This document shows, in pieces, positions 14,401-27,700 of a stretch of DNA of 64,000 nucleotides. The position numbers and the translations under genes were made by a program. The notes under the pieces are model-generated. The model did not search any database, was not told the origin of the DNA, and saw only the letters and a list, made by a program, of their open reading frames with translations. Position 1 is the first letter of the stretch. Every line of letters begins with the position of its first letter. This DNA is from Nemertoderma westbladi (taxonomy: Eukaryota > Animalia > Xenacoelomorpha), in the NCBI GenBank assembly GCA_032718475.1, contig JAUCBJ010006375.1, forward strand, positions 38,035-102,034. The letters are read 5' to 3'.

Positions 14401-15020
14401 TTTAAAAAGCTGTTAGCTGTTGTGTCCAAGGGTAAGGTGGAATCCCAATACTTAGGAAAGTATGGCTAATGGTTTCTGATCCAGTACACTGTAAACTGTG
14501 GTACTCAGTTTCGTTTATTGTATCTCTCTCGGAACTTCGTAGCACTTTGTCATATTTCATGTCTGTATCTATTACCCTTCCTTACAGTATTAAATAAACA
14601 CGTTATTATTACTTCTGGCCGAAGTGTCTAGGTTTTAATCATTAATGAGACCATTATGACCCTGCTTAGGACGTTACGAGCTCACTCGGCGACGAAGAGA
14701 ATTACATCGAGGGTTTACAGCAGAAAGCTAACATTCTCTTCCTTATGGGGGAACTGGAATTCGCGCTGATGTACTACCATCGGGGATACAAACGAGCGAG
14801 ACACATGCCAGAGTTCATCATGGGAATCGAGAAGTCTGAGTCTGCGATCCTGGCGTTGGCGGGGCAACTGGACATGTTTGTATCCGAGTCGCATTCGCGT
14901 AGATCGGATAACAGTAAATCCGGAGTTTCGTCGCCAACGGATAGAAGTTTTACCACAAAGTCAACATCTGGCGGCCACTACAAGGAAGTTATGACCAAGA
15001 AAAGGATATTATCCAAATAA
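11457..15020 (+). CDS. ODAD4: ODAD4/TTC25-like TPR protein, two exons (11457-11681, 14670-15020), 191 aa, N-terminal TPR module only
   Basis: Spliced product ...GDRSAHLARSKSQEMLGNLDKALQ|DVTSSLGDEENYIEGLQQKANILFLMGELEFALMYYHRGYK...EFIMGIEKSESAI matches the TTC25 N-terminus. Donor GTTGCT at 11682, acceptor CTTAG ending 14669, phase 0. TAA stop overlaps AATAAA at 15016-15021. Confidence 0.8.
12001..12245. repeat. 40-bp perfect tandem repeat x6
   Basis: ACTGCTTCTGTGAAGGCAGTATAGATTAAACACTCTACCC. Confidence 0.96.
12379..14125. mobile_element. Non-autonomous TIR DNA transposon, Kolobok-like (TTAA target duplication, purine-start termini)
   Basis: TTAA(12375-78)+G21-TACACCCCCC ... GGGGGGTGTA-C23+TTAA(14126-29); no coding capacity; lies in the ODAD4-like intron. 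Confidence 0.75.
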
Positions 15021-15637
15021 ATTCAAATAATATTGTAATCTGACGTTTCAATAATTTAAATGTTTCTAAAGTTGTTGGAATTTTATAGTTCACTCCTTTT
15101 AAACCCACAGAACCTTGGCAGTTAATATTTTGTATGATTTTAGTAATTATTAATTGTGATTTCTAATCCAATTGATGCCCAGCTGGCATCATTGAGGATT
15201 TGAACCAATGGCACATGATACCATTACAATTAAACTTACATCACCTGAACCCCCATCTTATGGAGCAGTTTTATGACAACTTCAATTTCAGTCTCACCTC
15301 GTATATTTTTGCTGGTGACGATTATATGCAAAGTTTAGTTATTGAATGTATTTGGGTGAAAGATTAATTAAATACGTAGTCCTACCTATTAGATAAACCC
15401 TTGTAAACAAGCAAAAGCAAAAATGGTGCATTCATGTTTTAAATTAATTATTAAAAATGCATATCGCAAAGATATAGCACACTTTATAACTTAGAATTTG
15501 GGACTTTCAATTTGGATAATGGTTTTATTTAATCGTATATTTTAATTAGTGAAGCGCGTTAAATAAAAACCTTACCGGTGCGGGAGGTATGTACAGCAGT
15601 AGGTGCGGTACCACAAATTAAAGGCACTTAAGACTGA

Positions 15638-16347
15638 CAGTTGCAGCAATCAGTTTACAGTTGCAGCAAACAGTAATCAGTTTACAGTTGCATGCAAACA
15701 GTAATCAGTTTACAGTTGCATGCAAACAGTAATCAGTTTACAGTTGCATGCAAACAGTATTCAGTTTACAGTTGCATGCAAACATTAATCAGTTTACAGT
15801 TGTAGCAAACAGTAATCAGTTTACAGTTGCAGCAAACAGTAATCAGTTTACAGTTGCAGCAAACAGTAATCAGTTTACAGTTGCATGCAAACAGTAATCA
15901 GTTTACAGTTGCATGCAAACAGTAATCAGTTTACAGTTGCATGCAAACAGTAATCAGTTTACAGTTGCAGCAAACAGTAATCAGTTTACAGTTGCAGCAA
16001 ACAGTAATCAGTTTACAGTTGCAGCAAACAGTAATCAGTTTACAGTTGCAGCAAACAGTAATCAGTTTACAGTTGCATGCAAACAGTAATCAGTTTACAG
16101 TTGCAGCAAACAGTAATCAGTTTACAGTTGCAGCAAACAGTAATCAGTTTACAGTTGTAAGCAAACAGTAATCAGTTTACAGTTGCATGCAAACAGTAAT
16201 CAGTTTACAGTTGCATGCAAACAGTAATCAGTTTACAGTTGCATGCAAACAGTAATCAGTTTACAGTTGCATGCAAACAGTAATCAGTTTACAGTTGCAG
16301 CAAACAGTAATCAGTTTACAGTTGCATGCAAACAGTAATCAGTTTAC
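15638..16347. repeat. 27/28-bp tandem repeat (AAACAGTAATCAGTTTACAGTTGCA[T]GC), ~25 copies
   Basis: Direct reading. Confidence 0.95.
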
Positions 16348-17184
16348 GCCAGTCAGCTGATAGGTAGGCTTCCCCTCACACTGGAAGGCATTCCCAGAGG
16401 GCCAATCCGGGAAAAGACAGTACGAGTGATTGTGATGGAGTCCTAAAGGGAGTAGGAAAGGCAGTGTAAAGAAGGTAGAGGTGTACATTAACTAGCCGTT
16501 GGGGGCACTGGTCTCTTACGGGCCAACGCGTGTGAATATAATACACTTCATGCAATAGGCATCGTTGGGATATACTTAACTGCTTAAGAGGGCCATTGTC
16601 ATTGCCCAAAGAAATTAAAAAAAATTCATATTTTTGGAGTTTTACAGAAGGGCTTTCATGTGGTGGGTGACATTGATTTGGGTGACTAGTGATTTTTCCA
16701 CCACAAAACAGCACTTTTTAAAATTTGAAACAAATTTTCACATCTTACGTATTTATGACTGATATTCATGACTCTATTCATGCTACAATCGTTCTAGTTC
16801 CGATTTTGTAACTGCTACCCTTTATCTATCTTAAAATACATGATCCCTACAATATAGTAAAACCCCATAAATTTTTCAAAAAAATAATTTTATGCTGAAA
16901 GTTCCATAAAAGACTGATGGACCGAGAACTTCAACCCAGATGACATTATCTTCTACATGAGATAATTTGCACTCAGTTTAAATAGTAAAATATCACAGAT
17001 CATTGTGTTAAAATTGCAGAATAATAGCTTTAGAAATAAAAAAAATATTTTATGGTACAATTAAATCTTAAGATACAACTAAAGAGCAATAAATTCATTA
17101 GCCGTTGACAACATAACATAAATTCTAAAAACGATAAAGATCAACGAACAACGTGGCTAGCACTATAGTGTCGCAATATATTTT

Positions 17185-17814
17185 ATTCCAAAATTGTAAC
17201 ATTACTCAACGCCGTTAGTATTAACAGCGAGTTGTTATTTAGCACTTTACAACTTTAGAGGACATTACAGCATTGTATTGGCCTGTACATTTAGTATTGT
17301 ATTTGGTGTTATTGTTTACGTGGTAACCATGGCGGCGTTAAGTAATGTCCACTAAGGGGACATTACTTAACGCCGTCATTGGATACCACGTAAACAATAG
17401 GTGGAAATTTGCCTGACAGCCAGATAGGCCTACTGCATTACCTACCGGTAGGCGGGGTATAGCTATTAATAACCAGTAGGGCCTAGCTATATTATTATAA
17501 CATGGCTCCAAACGCCACCATAAATATAAGCTAACTTATTTATAACATAATTTATGTCATTTTTACAATTATTTATACAACAACTAATATAATTTGTGCC
17601 GTTTCTATGACTTATAATGTATATGTACAATCATTGCGTAATGTTAAAATTTTGGAATAAAACTACATACATACTTGTTGCAAAGTACTTTACAGTGTTC
17701 TGATCCTCGTGGCTTTATTTTCACCCACTCACTACGTTCGTTCGTGTAACAAAGCCAATCGGATTATCACACTGTAAAGTGTTACTTTACACACAAGTAT
17801 GTAAATAGTTATTA
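17185..17814. mobile_element. ~630-bp dispersed non-autonomous element C (internal hairpins)
   Basis: Near-identical reverse-complement copy at 36588-37218; hairpin at 17311-17398; terminus GTAAATAGTTATTA shared with the element at 38718-39523. Confidence 0.85.
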
Positions 17815-18497
17815 TTGCGGCCATACTCAACTCATCCAAAACTTTAAATATCTATCTGCCCTGCCCTCTTTATAGGAGTAAATAAAACTTTCGAGCAATC
17901 TCATGTAGGCCTACCAATGACCTACTATATATATATTTATATATAAATATCTTTTATATCTAAATATATATATATTTAGTAGATGGCCTACCCTACTAAA
18001 AAATGACTAGATATGTAAAAATATCCACTTAATTTTTTTTTCAAATGGTTCACAGACGTAGTTTATTTCCCTCTTACGTACTTCATTTCACATAAGTTTT
18101 TAAAAAATTTTGCAACATTTTTAATATATCTACTGCAGTCTGACTGAATCGCTGCCACATAAAAATGTTTTTCATATTCAATAAAAAGTGTTTATTATTT
18201 ATAATAGACATTCATGTATTTAATACATTTAAAGAATAAAATTCAGATATAAAATATTCAGATTCAGAAATCAGTTATAAATCATGTAAATCAATCTATC
18301 CTTCATTAATCAAAATCATCCAAAGAAAAAAATTCTCCAAATGTTTGTGATTGTAATTGGAAAAATTGTACATTTTTATACAATTTGACAAATTTTAAGC
18401 TGCACGGGATATAAATTCAGATAGCAAACCCCCATATTTTACCATCGGGATCCCGTTCCAATACTTAGCTAACCAAACCATGCTTAATAGAACTAAC

Positions 18498-18715
18498 CTG
18501 ATGTTAGAGAGTTGGTTAATAAGCCGTGTGGCCGACTGTTTCAATGTATCTCCGCTAGATGGCGTGGCTGATACGGAATGACGTAGGGCCATTGAGTGTA
18601 AGTTGTCGAAGACATCATGACATCGTATAATCTCGTAATATAGTTGATCGTACATCGTGGCCGAGGGTAGAAAAGTGTCCCCGTACGTTATATAGATATT
18701 AAATATTGTAATCAC
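18498..18715 (-). CDS. ARMH3: ARMH3 exon 8 (DUF1741 region)
   Basis: C20-ATCAG acceptor, VITIFNIYITYGDTFLP...LSNI(R), phase-2 donor GTTAGT. Confidence 0.92.
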
Positions 18716-21700
18716 CTGATGGGGGGGGGGGGGGGGGGGGATAAATTAGTTTATTAATGAAAGTTATAAAATGAACAACAATAACTGTTGTTCCCCGTCG
18801 ATATTGTACCAGTCGTACAACAGTTATTCTTCAACCTTATACTGATTAGTTTGTACAGATGGAAAGCTGGCCGTGCAAGGATTCCAAATAGGTAAAAATA
18901 TTTGAATTTGGTTGGGATATAGCTGAGTTATGGGCATTCGAAAGTGCATGTATTAGCTTCTGCTGCAGGCCATTTTTATTCTATTTAATAAATGTACTAT
19001 ATTCTGGAACATTTTGTTTATCTCATAAGTAGCTTGGCAACAATGCAATGACTTTAATAATAATACAAGTACATGGATATTCATAGTTAGTTGGTTTGTT
19101 AGTGAACCTTCTTCCGTAGCTCTGGAAACTAAATTGGTAACTATCTAGAAGTGGATAGTTCAGTCAATCGATACTTACTGGACTAAACATTGTCTGTGCC
19201 AAATTTGGGGAAAATCCCACCAATAGACCCCTTATTGCTATGTAAATTCCCTGTTGCTAAGGAAAGATGCATGGAATTGAAATTGATCCACATAATTTAT
19301 TTTTATAGACTTTTTTGGTGATATTAGCACGATAATGTAGAATAAAATTGGTTCGATTGAATTGCAAATTAGTTTTGGGTTACGCCCTCTTGTTATGCAC
19401 AACCATGATAGCATCAATTTAAGGGGAGGGGGAATTGATAGCATCAATTTAAGGTCGCTCACAAATTTTCAGACTCCGAGGGTCAGGGCGGTCAGGAGTG
19501 GAGTTTACTTGCGGAGGGTCATTTGTAGCAAATTGCTATTTTATTTAGGTTCTTACAGTAATAACACGCATTTCTTTTCACAAGATATATACCATAGATA
19601 GATATATAGATACATTATTTAAAAACAATAACAAATAGGGGGGGGGGGGGGGGGGGGGGGCATGTGTCATAACATGTAAAAATATATTACACAATCATAA
19701 TAGGGTTGGTGCGTGAAAAATTGTTGGGCTAGAAACAATCGAATAAAGGGTAACAAGGTGCTCTGAATCGAGTGGCGGGGTGTGTTTTTTGTAAAAACAC
19801 ATGGAAACGGTCGAAATGGCGGGGTGTATATTGTAGGGTGATTTTAGAAATACACATTTAATCTCAATCATTTCACATGTGGCTTATATCAATTGAAAGC
19901 GGAGAGTCTTGCGCGTCTTCTGACACAAGAATTAATTAAATTCATAAACTCCTGACTGGTATACAAGAACTCAACCACTTAGCCCAATACAACTATTGCA
20001 CTGGTATGCAAGAACTCAACCACTTAGCCCAATCCAACTATTGACTGGTATGCAAGAACTCAACCACCTAGCCCAATCCAACTACTGCATTATGCATTGT
20101 AGTATCGGAATATTACTGTATTGCAGCTTGAAGTTCATTAAGTTGAAATGTTAATGTATACCGGTCACCGGTTGTGTAAGAGTGGTACAGCGGAAGGTTT
20201 AGTCAACTTAATGAACTTAAGCAACAATACAGCAATATGCCTACTCTACTCCAATACGCTACGTAACGCCGACACTGTCGGCACAACATAACGCCGACAC
20301 TGTCGGCATAACGTAACGCCGACTCAGCCGGCACATTATCTGCACACTGTCGGCACAGTGTTGGTACAACGTTTACACCCGGCCTATATATCTTATTGTA
20401 GCTCTAGCCAACAGGGAGCTAAATTCCGCAACACGTTTCTTTTCTTCATCATCATGTTGTTGTCCAAAAATATGCGGAAAAATTGAGGCAGGAAAGAAGC
20501 TAAGAGCTTCTTAATAAAACGTAAAACGTACAGTACAATAACTATAAAACGAATTACAGTATATAAATAGAAAATAATTAATAAACGAATAACTTACTGT
20601 AGGACTATTGTACCACATTGCACACGGAGGAGAGATTTAACTGCAGATTTAAAAGATTATGCACATGGTTAAGGCGTAGCTGCTTAACTCTACTATCTAA
20701 GTTAAGTAGTCCAGATTCAGAAAAGTCATCTGCAGTTAGGTGGTGTCTAGGTTTGTAGTCTTTAACTAGAAAGCCAGCAAGCTGGCTTTAAACGAACCTG
20801 CCCCTCAAACCAGTACCGCAGTACCCTGAGTGAGCGAAAATGAAAACACGATAATTGCCTTCAACTCAACGATAGAAACACCAGCTGCTGGTACTCATGT
20901 GGGCCTAGTAAGCTACTACTATTTATTGAATGGATAGCCCAAACTGCAGAAAAGTATATTACTTGCCAAATTTATTACAATCTCACTCTAACCCAGACAG
21001 TAATCAAACATCAACTGTTATTTTGTATAATGTATTACCCCACCAGATGAATAGCTCTTCCCTGTGAATCCTATGACAATAATCTATAAGGTTACTCACT
21101 GCTATGTTAGATGGGAGGCCAGGTAATTGGATTGCAAGCACTGGGCCTTTTAAATGATTGATTGAGCCCATAGGACTCGTATAATATCCAATATAATGAT
21201 GTAATAAATTTAAACCCATACCTAACACGATTAAACTAAAATATTAAAAACTAAAAAAAATAACACTATGCACGTGTTACCAACCCAACCCACCCCCTGA
21301 GGCCTTAGGATAATTAATGTACGATATTGTTTAGTAGTTACAACTGCCTAAGTCTAGTTAGAGTCTAAGTCTGTATAATTCTAAAGAAAACAATTGCACC
21401 CGAATTCCGACTTCAACCAAAGTACGAACCTCAGCAAAGCATAGCTTATGCGCCGAGGTGAGCACTGTAAATGTGAGAAATAAAATAACACTGCATTAAA
21501 AATTTACTTTATAGTCATTTTGAAATTCATTAAGAACAATTTATATTTCTTAAACAGAAATTTATAAACAGAGAGAAGAAGAATAGTCGTTATATGGAAA
21601 TCATTACGGTACACAAATAGGTGAAGTAAACAAAGGCGATTCTGGATATTATTGTTGGTTATTAATTATTGATTATTATTGACTCTATGTGGCTCTCGAG

Positions 21701-24700
21701 AGTTGCAAATGAAAATTCACCATAATAATAGATAGGATAATCAATGGAACTGTACTAATACTTTTCATTTAGTAAAAATTGGTAAAGAACGATGCACGTT
21801 ATGAATCATAGGTGTTGAGGATGTAGTTTTTAATTTTAGTTTTGAATTGTGGCAGGGAAGTGCATTGTTTAATATCCGTAGGAAGCTCGTTCCATAATGT
21901 AGGGCCTTGGTACATGATACCATTCTTAGTAGTCTGGTCAATAAGACAATGTACCCGGGAAAAAATGTTACCAAGCTATATTTGGTATGTTTCGAATCGT
22001 TAGGACCCCTTCTTTCGAAATCTGAAAAATCCTCTCTTCAATAGGGTGGGCAACTCTCACAAATCCCATTTCCATAGCAACCGACATAAGAATAGATATA
22101 ATTACATTTAATGCAACTGGGCTAGCTCCTACCCCCACTATATCGGCAATGGAGAATTCATTGAACATATTTTCAATTCTCAGTTACCATGGCAACCGGT
22201 AGATTCACCATATCAACCATCGATTTGGCCATCTTGAGGCAACGGGACCAACTTCTAATCCCACTATATCGACTATGGAAAATTCATGGATAAAATTTTC
22301 AAGTCTCAGTTACTATGGCAACCGGTAGATTCACCATATCAACCATCAATTTCGCCATCTTGATGCAAAGGGACCACCCCTTCTCGTACCATGGTAACTC
22401 CTATCCCCGCTATTGCTATTAATATTAATAAATCAAGGAATGATAGTTTTTTAAACCAAAAATATAATAATTATTAAATATTATCAATTTATAATAGAAA
22501 TATTGAAAAGTGTATAATATACCTAGAGTTTATCATGAACCAAAGTTATTATAATAAATAATATCACCCTTTATTAGTGGAACAATTGTATCTATACACC
22601 GTTTATTAAACCATACCTGTAATAATTAATGTTACTTAAATAAACAATTAATGTTATTTATAAATAATGTTGGTTATGTTGGGATATCCAATTGATAATT
22701 TCAACCATGTCGTCAAAATCCCTTGTTCTTATTGCGGTAGTAAGCTCCACATGCTGTTCACTGGTCCTGTGAGAAAGTCCTGTCAGTGTGGCCATGGCAT
22801 AATGCACTTGGGCACATTCATGGATACTGTATACCCACATCAATCTAACAGATTCTGTAATCTCTCGACCTCTAGTAAGACCTCCTCTGCTCTTGATAGA
22901 TCTCATCATGTCTTGTTCGAAGATAAGATCAGTCCATAAGCCAGCTCAGTAACGATCACTGCGCTGCACAGAGTGAAACCCATACTGTGAGAACTGCCGA
23001 TACAACCATTGGTGTTTTTTAGGCAATTCCAGCATCCATTGCAAATACAAACGAGCACTCTTCGCATAATTAAAATGTCCTGTTGCCGCAAATATATTTA
23101 TCATCCTCCCAACTGCTACAAGATGCGTATTCCAATCTCTCTGCATTCTCTCTGCACGAATTAACAACTTTAGGGTGTTAACACCCTAAGTTTAGGTTTA
23201 CTTTAGGATGTCAATATAAGAAAGCCACAACTTTGCTGTTCTAGATCTTTCCTTTATTTCATTCATTACACAATTAAGAACTTTCTCCAGTTTGAAAAAT
23301 GCAGTTAAATTACTTACATCATAAAAAAATTAATATAAACTGTAAACTGTTGGTTATCCTGTTGCAATTTAAACCTGAAATACCAATTTTTGACATTTTT
23401 TTATAATTTCAATAAATACTAGCTAGTAAAGAAAACATATCTACTTAATTTGTAGAACATTTTCTAAAACAGAAAGAAAACATGATAGAATCACTTTATA
23501 ATGTATTTCCAAGTATAAAATTTGCATTAGAAAACTTACAAAACTTACTTACTACCGGTACTAACTTATTAAAATTTAAACTTACTAAAATAATTGCCTA
23601 TTAGGTTTTGACAAATTTTTACTAGCTACCACAACAGTGTTCCAGAATATAATATTTTGATTATTTAATGTTGCATCGATGTCGAGGAATAATTTAATCA
23701 TGAAATATTTTCATTTGAAAAAATTAATATTGAATTTTTGCAAAAATTGGCTAGCTACCATAATAGCTAGTGCTAGTATTCTACCGGTGCCCGAAAGTGA
23801 AGAAAGAACGAAATTTTTTATTGTAAAATGTTGAGATGATGTCTATATGGAATTTACCATACCCCATTTTATTATCAGAATAATTAAGCACATCTAACTA
23901 GTGTGCATACAAGCCAGTTGAGTCTTTTGATATAGATAATAGCCATGTCCCTTACAGTATTTTCAGTTGATGAGTCAGCCATGCATAACTAGACCCCAGA
24001 TCTAACTCATTACTAAGTTTGGATAGCGTAATAATAAAAATAATAGGTCAAATTCAAGCTTTGCTTGCCTTGGAACCAATATAACGCCAGCAACCAGGCG
24101 TGAGAGGGGTAAACTACTAGCTAACACCGGTAAATTTCAGTCTACATTATGTATACAATTATGTATCTAATTAACAGATAAGAATATTAAATACTACATT
24201 GTCTCTTAGCAACTATGAAATATTCCAAGTGAAGATCAAGTAAATTTGAATTGATTTTACTTATGGATAGGGTTCAAGAAAATGGCTATAAAAAAAGTTG
24301 CCCAAGGTATGCTGCGGAGGACTTTCGATATTCTTAAAGAGCATAAATTTGCGCTACTTAATTATACCAAATTTGGCTTGGTAACATTTTTTTCTGGGTA
24401 CACCTAAAATTGCTCCTAAATCGACCTGACTATAGCTAATGCTGTTTTATATAGGGGCAAGTGATAATTAGCAGCATTTCTTGTTGGATAAGAGTGTACC
24501 TGTCGATTGAGTATCAGTTTGGAACTCAATTCTGAGGGTAGCTTCACCGAGGATGTTCTATGTTTATAGATTAATTTGACACATTGTAACCGATAGGAAT
24601 CCTGAAGTTTTAGTACTTTTAAATATTTGAAAAGTGGTTCGGCGTGAACTGTTTTGGATTTCAGTGAGACGACACGTATTATTTTATTCTGCAATTTTAT

Positions 24701-27700
24701 CAGTGGTTTAAGAGTTGACTCTGTCGCACTGAAACCCCACAGTATCAGACCAAAAGATTAGTAAGATGCCACTAGTGTATGATATAACATGAGACGTATA
24801 GTTTCAGGAATGAAATGTTTTATGGAATGGTTTATAGGTTGATGACCCAACTAACACTACGTTTGTCTATATGGACGGTCTCCTTATAGCCAGCTAGCTT
24901 AGGGCTTTTCTAGTTGAATCATATTATTCTGCAACCATATAATTTACTCTTTTAGACGAATTAGTGCGTTTTTTTTGCCGGACTAACAAATTTTGGCGAC
25001 GTTCTGTGCGAGATTGGCGATATTTGAAAAGATTCTGAGGCTCAAATAGGTTGCTCATATGACTGAATGGCCCAAATAAAAAAGTTGTTGCATACTCGAC
25101 GAGTTGAAATCGGTGAAATTCTACATTAAATTTTCAAAACCGCTATTTTTCAGTGATCCCGTTATCGAAACGCCACAAAAAATATACAGTCTTGTGCGCA
25201 ACCAAAATTTATGTAGAGTTTGTTATTAAAATGTTTTCGTACCTGCTTGAGTTTTTGAGATATTGGATGGTTATACATACACACACACATAACCACATCG
25301 TGTTTTTGAACGGCTCAACTCTTGAGTAAAACTACCCTGGCCTATTAATAAGCAGGTTCGTTATAAATCGTACTACTTCAAACCAAGAATATCAGATCCA
25401 TGTGACACTGTATTAAATAGGCAAAGCGACTTGCGAGAGTCGTTGTTTAAACAGCAGCATGCATTGACGAAAATGTATTGCTTTCCTAGTTATAAAATTA
25501 AAATGTTTAATAATTCACTAGTGTTAATTATTAAACAGTTTAATTTTCCGACAAGCCGTCTTTAGGGAGGTATAGAATAATTTAAGAGTAGGTATTCCAG
25601 TATTCGGAAACATAGTGGTTGGGGTCTTTTATTACCCAGTGAGTTAGACCCCAACCGAGGGAAATATACCCCAACCAACTATATAGTTAATAATAATTAT
25701 GATATAAATAAAATAAATCACTTTTTAGTTATGAAAGTCTCATAGGTGGAGTTTGGTAAACTAAACACATGATAAAACGTTATTGCTACAAAATTACAAG
25801 TTACAAAAACACATACAACTTAATTATAATTTTAGTCATTGAGACTGTAGTCTAGCAAAGTAAACAACAAAGAGATAAAAACGAAACGTCCCCTTAGTTC
25901 CCTGCCACAAGTTCCCGCTTTGGTAGGGAATATTACGTCGTCTCAACAATTAATTTTATCCACCTTTTTAATGCCGGTTGGTGCATCAATCGATTCCATC
26001 TCTTTATGATATTTCCCTCCCCCTATCTTTACTATCCCTCTCCCTATCTTTACTATCCCTCTCCCTATCTTTACCACGACCCCCTCTATCTTTACTATCC
26101 CTCCCCCCATCTTTACCACCTCTCTCCATATCTTTACCATCCCTCCCCCTATCTTTACTATCCCTCTCCCTATCTTTACCACGACCCCCTCTATCTTTAC
26201 TATCCCTCCCCCCATCTTTACCACCTCTCTCCATATCTTTACCACCCCTCCCCCCATCTTTACCATCCCTCTCCCTATCTTTACCACGACTCCCTCTATA
26301 TTTACTATCCCTCCCTCTATCTTTACCATCGCTCTCTCTATCTTTACCACGACTCCCTCTATCTTTTCCACCGCTCCCTCTATCTTTACCATCCCTCCCA
26401 CTATCTTTTCCACCGCTCTTTCTATCTTTACCATCTGTCCCCCTATCTTTTCCACCATTCTCTCTATCTTTACCACGACTCCATCTATCTTTACCATCCC
26501 TCCCTGTATCTTTACCATCCCCCCCACTATCTTTTCCACTGCTCTCTCTATCTTTACCATCTTTCACCCTATATTTTCCACCACTCTCTTTATCTTTACC
26601 ATCCCTCCCTGTATCTTTACCATCCCCCCCACTATCTTTTCCACTGCTCTCTCTAACTTTACCATCTTTCACTCTATATTTTCCACCACTCTCTCTATCT
26701 TTACCACCCATCACTCTACCCCAATCACCACGCCCTATGCCATTGCTCCCTCCCCCCAGACCATTCCGCCCCCTACCCCCATAATTTCCTCTACCATAGT
26801 CACCGCCTATATCCCTATTACCACAGCTACCTCTTCCAACACATTCCTTCTGTACATTAAGCGATCTGAACGGCCTATCCTTACACCCAAACCTCAGCTG
26901 CCCAGACTCCTTCAACCCCCCGAACCCGCCTCCCAACCTCCTCGGCTTCCATCCCACCATCGTCCTCCCCCGTTCCCGATCCACCAGTATTCGCCTCCCC
27001 TCCAGAACGAGGCCGTTCCCCCGGCGTTCCGCCCGGTCTGCGTAGCGTTCCTCCGAGTACTCTACGAACCCATACCCCTTTCCGAACCCGGTGACGAGGT
27101 CTCGAACTACGCGGATTCGGTTTATCCTCCCGAACTCCCGGAGCGCAGCCCGCAGGGATTCCTCGTCGGTTTGTTCGGCGAGACGACCCACAAACACGGT
27201 CCGATTCGGGTTGCCCACGGCGCGGCAACTCGGTTTGTACCGGGAGGCGATCGCCCGTAGTATAGCGCGGTCGTGGGCCCCGTGGTCGGTGGATCCGTCG
27301 GACATCCCGACCCTGAGTGAGTCGTACTGGCTCGCGAACCGGGCTCCGTCCATCGGGACGCCGGGATAAGTTAATGGGGAGGTAGATAATGCTGTAATGT
27401 GATGTCAGTTGAACATAACTAACTTTACGTTAAAACTGACCCGCAAACATAAGAAATAAATATTGCAATATTATAAATATTGTATATTATAATCTGGTAT
27501 CTTAAAATGTTTGCCATTGGCAGATTAGTCTGCTAGTTTGCTATTTAGAAGAAGCGCCTAGGTATGATATTCGGTCTGATATTGCGAAACCGGTACACCG
27601 GACATACCGCCATACGTGTAGTGCAGTCAGTAGTGTATAAATGTACAATACAATAATAGGCCTATTACTGTATTATGTACTAAACTGTAATAATACCTTA

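Noticed and set aside
1925-16970. Inverted pair D/D' surrounding the ODAD4-like gene
   Set aside because: Short, diverged and far from the gene; best explained as independent old TE fragments
25943-26784. Alternative-frame and antisense ORFs (VKIG.., PSL.., YLYH..)
   Set aside because: Shadows of the 21-nt coding repeat in SNRNP35
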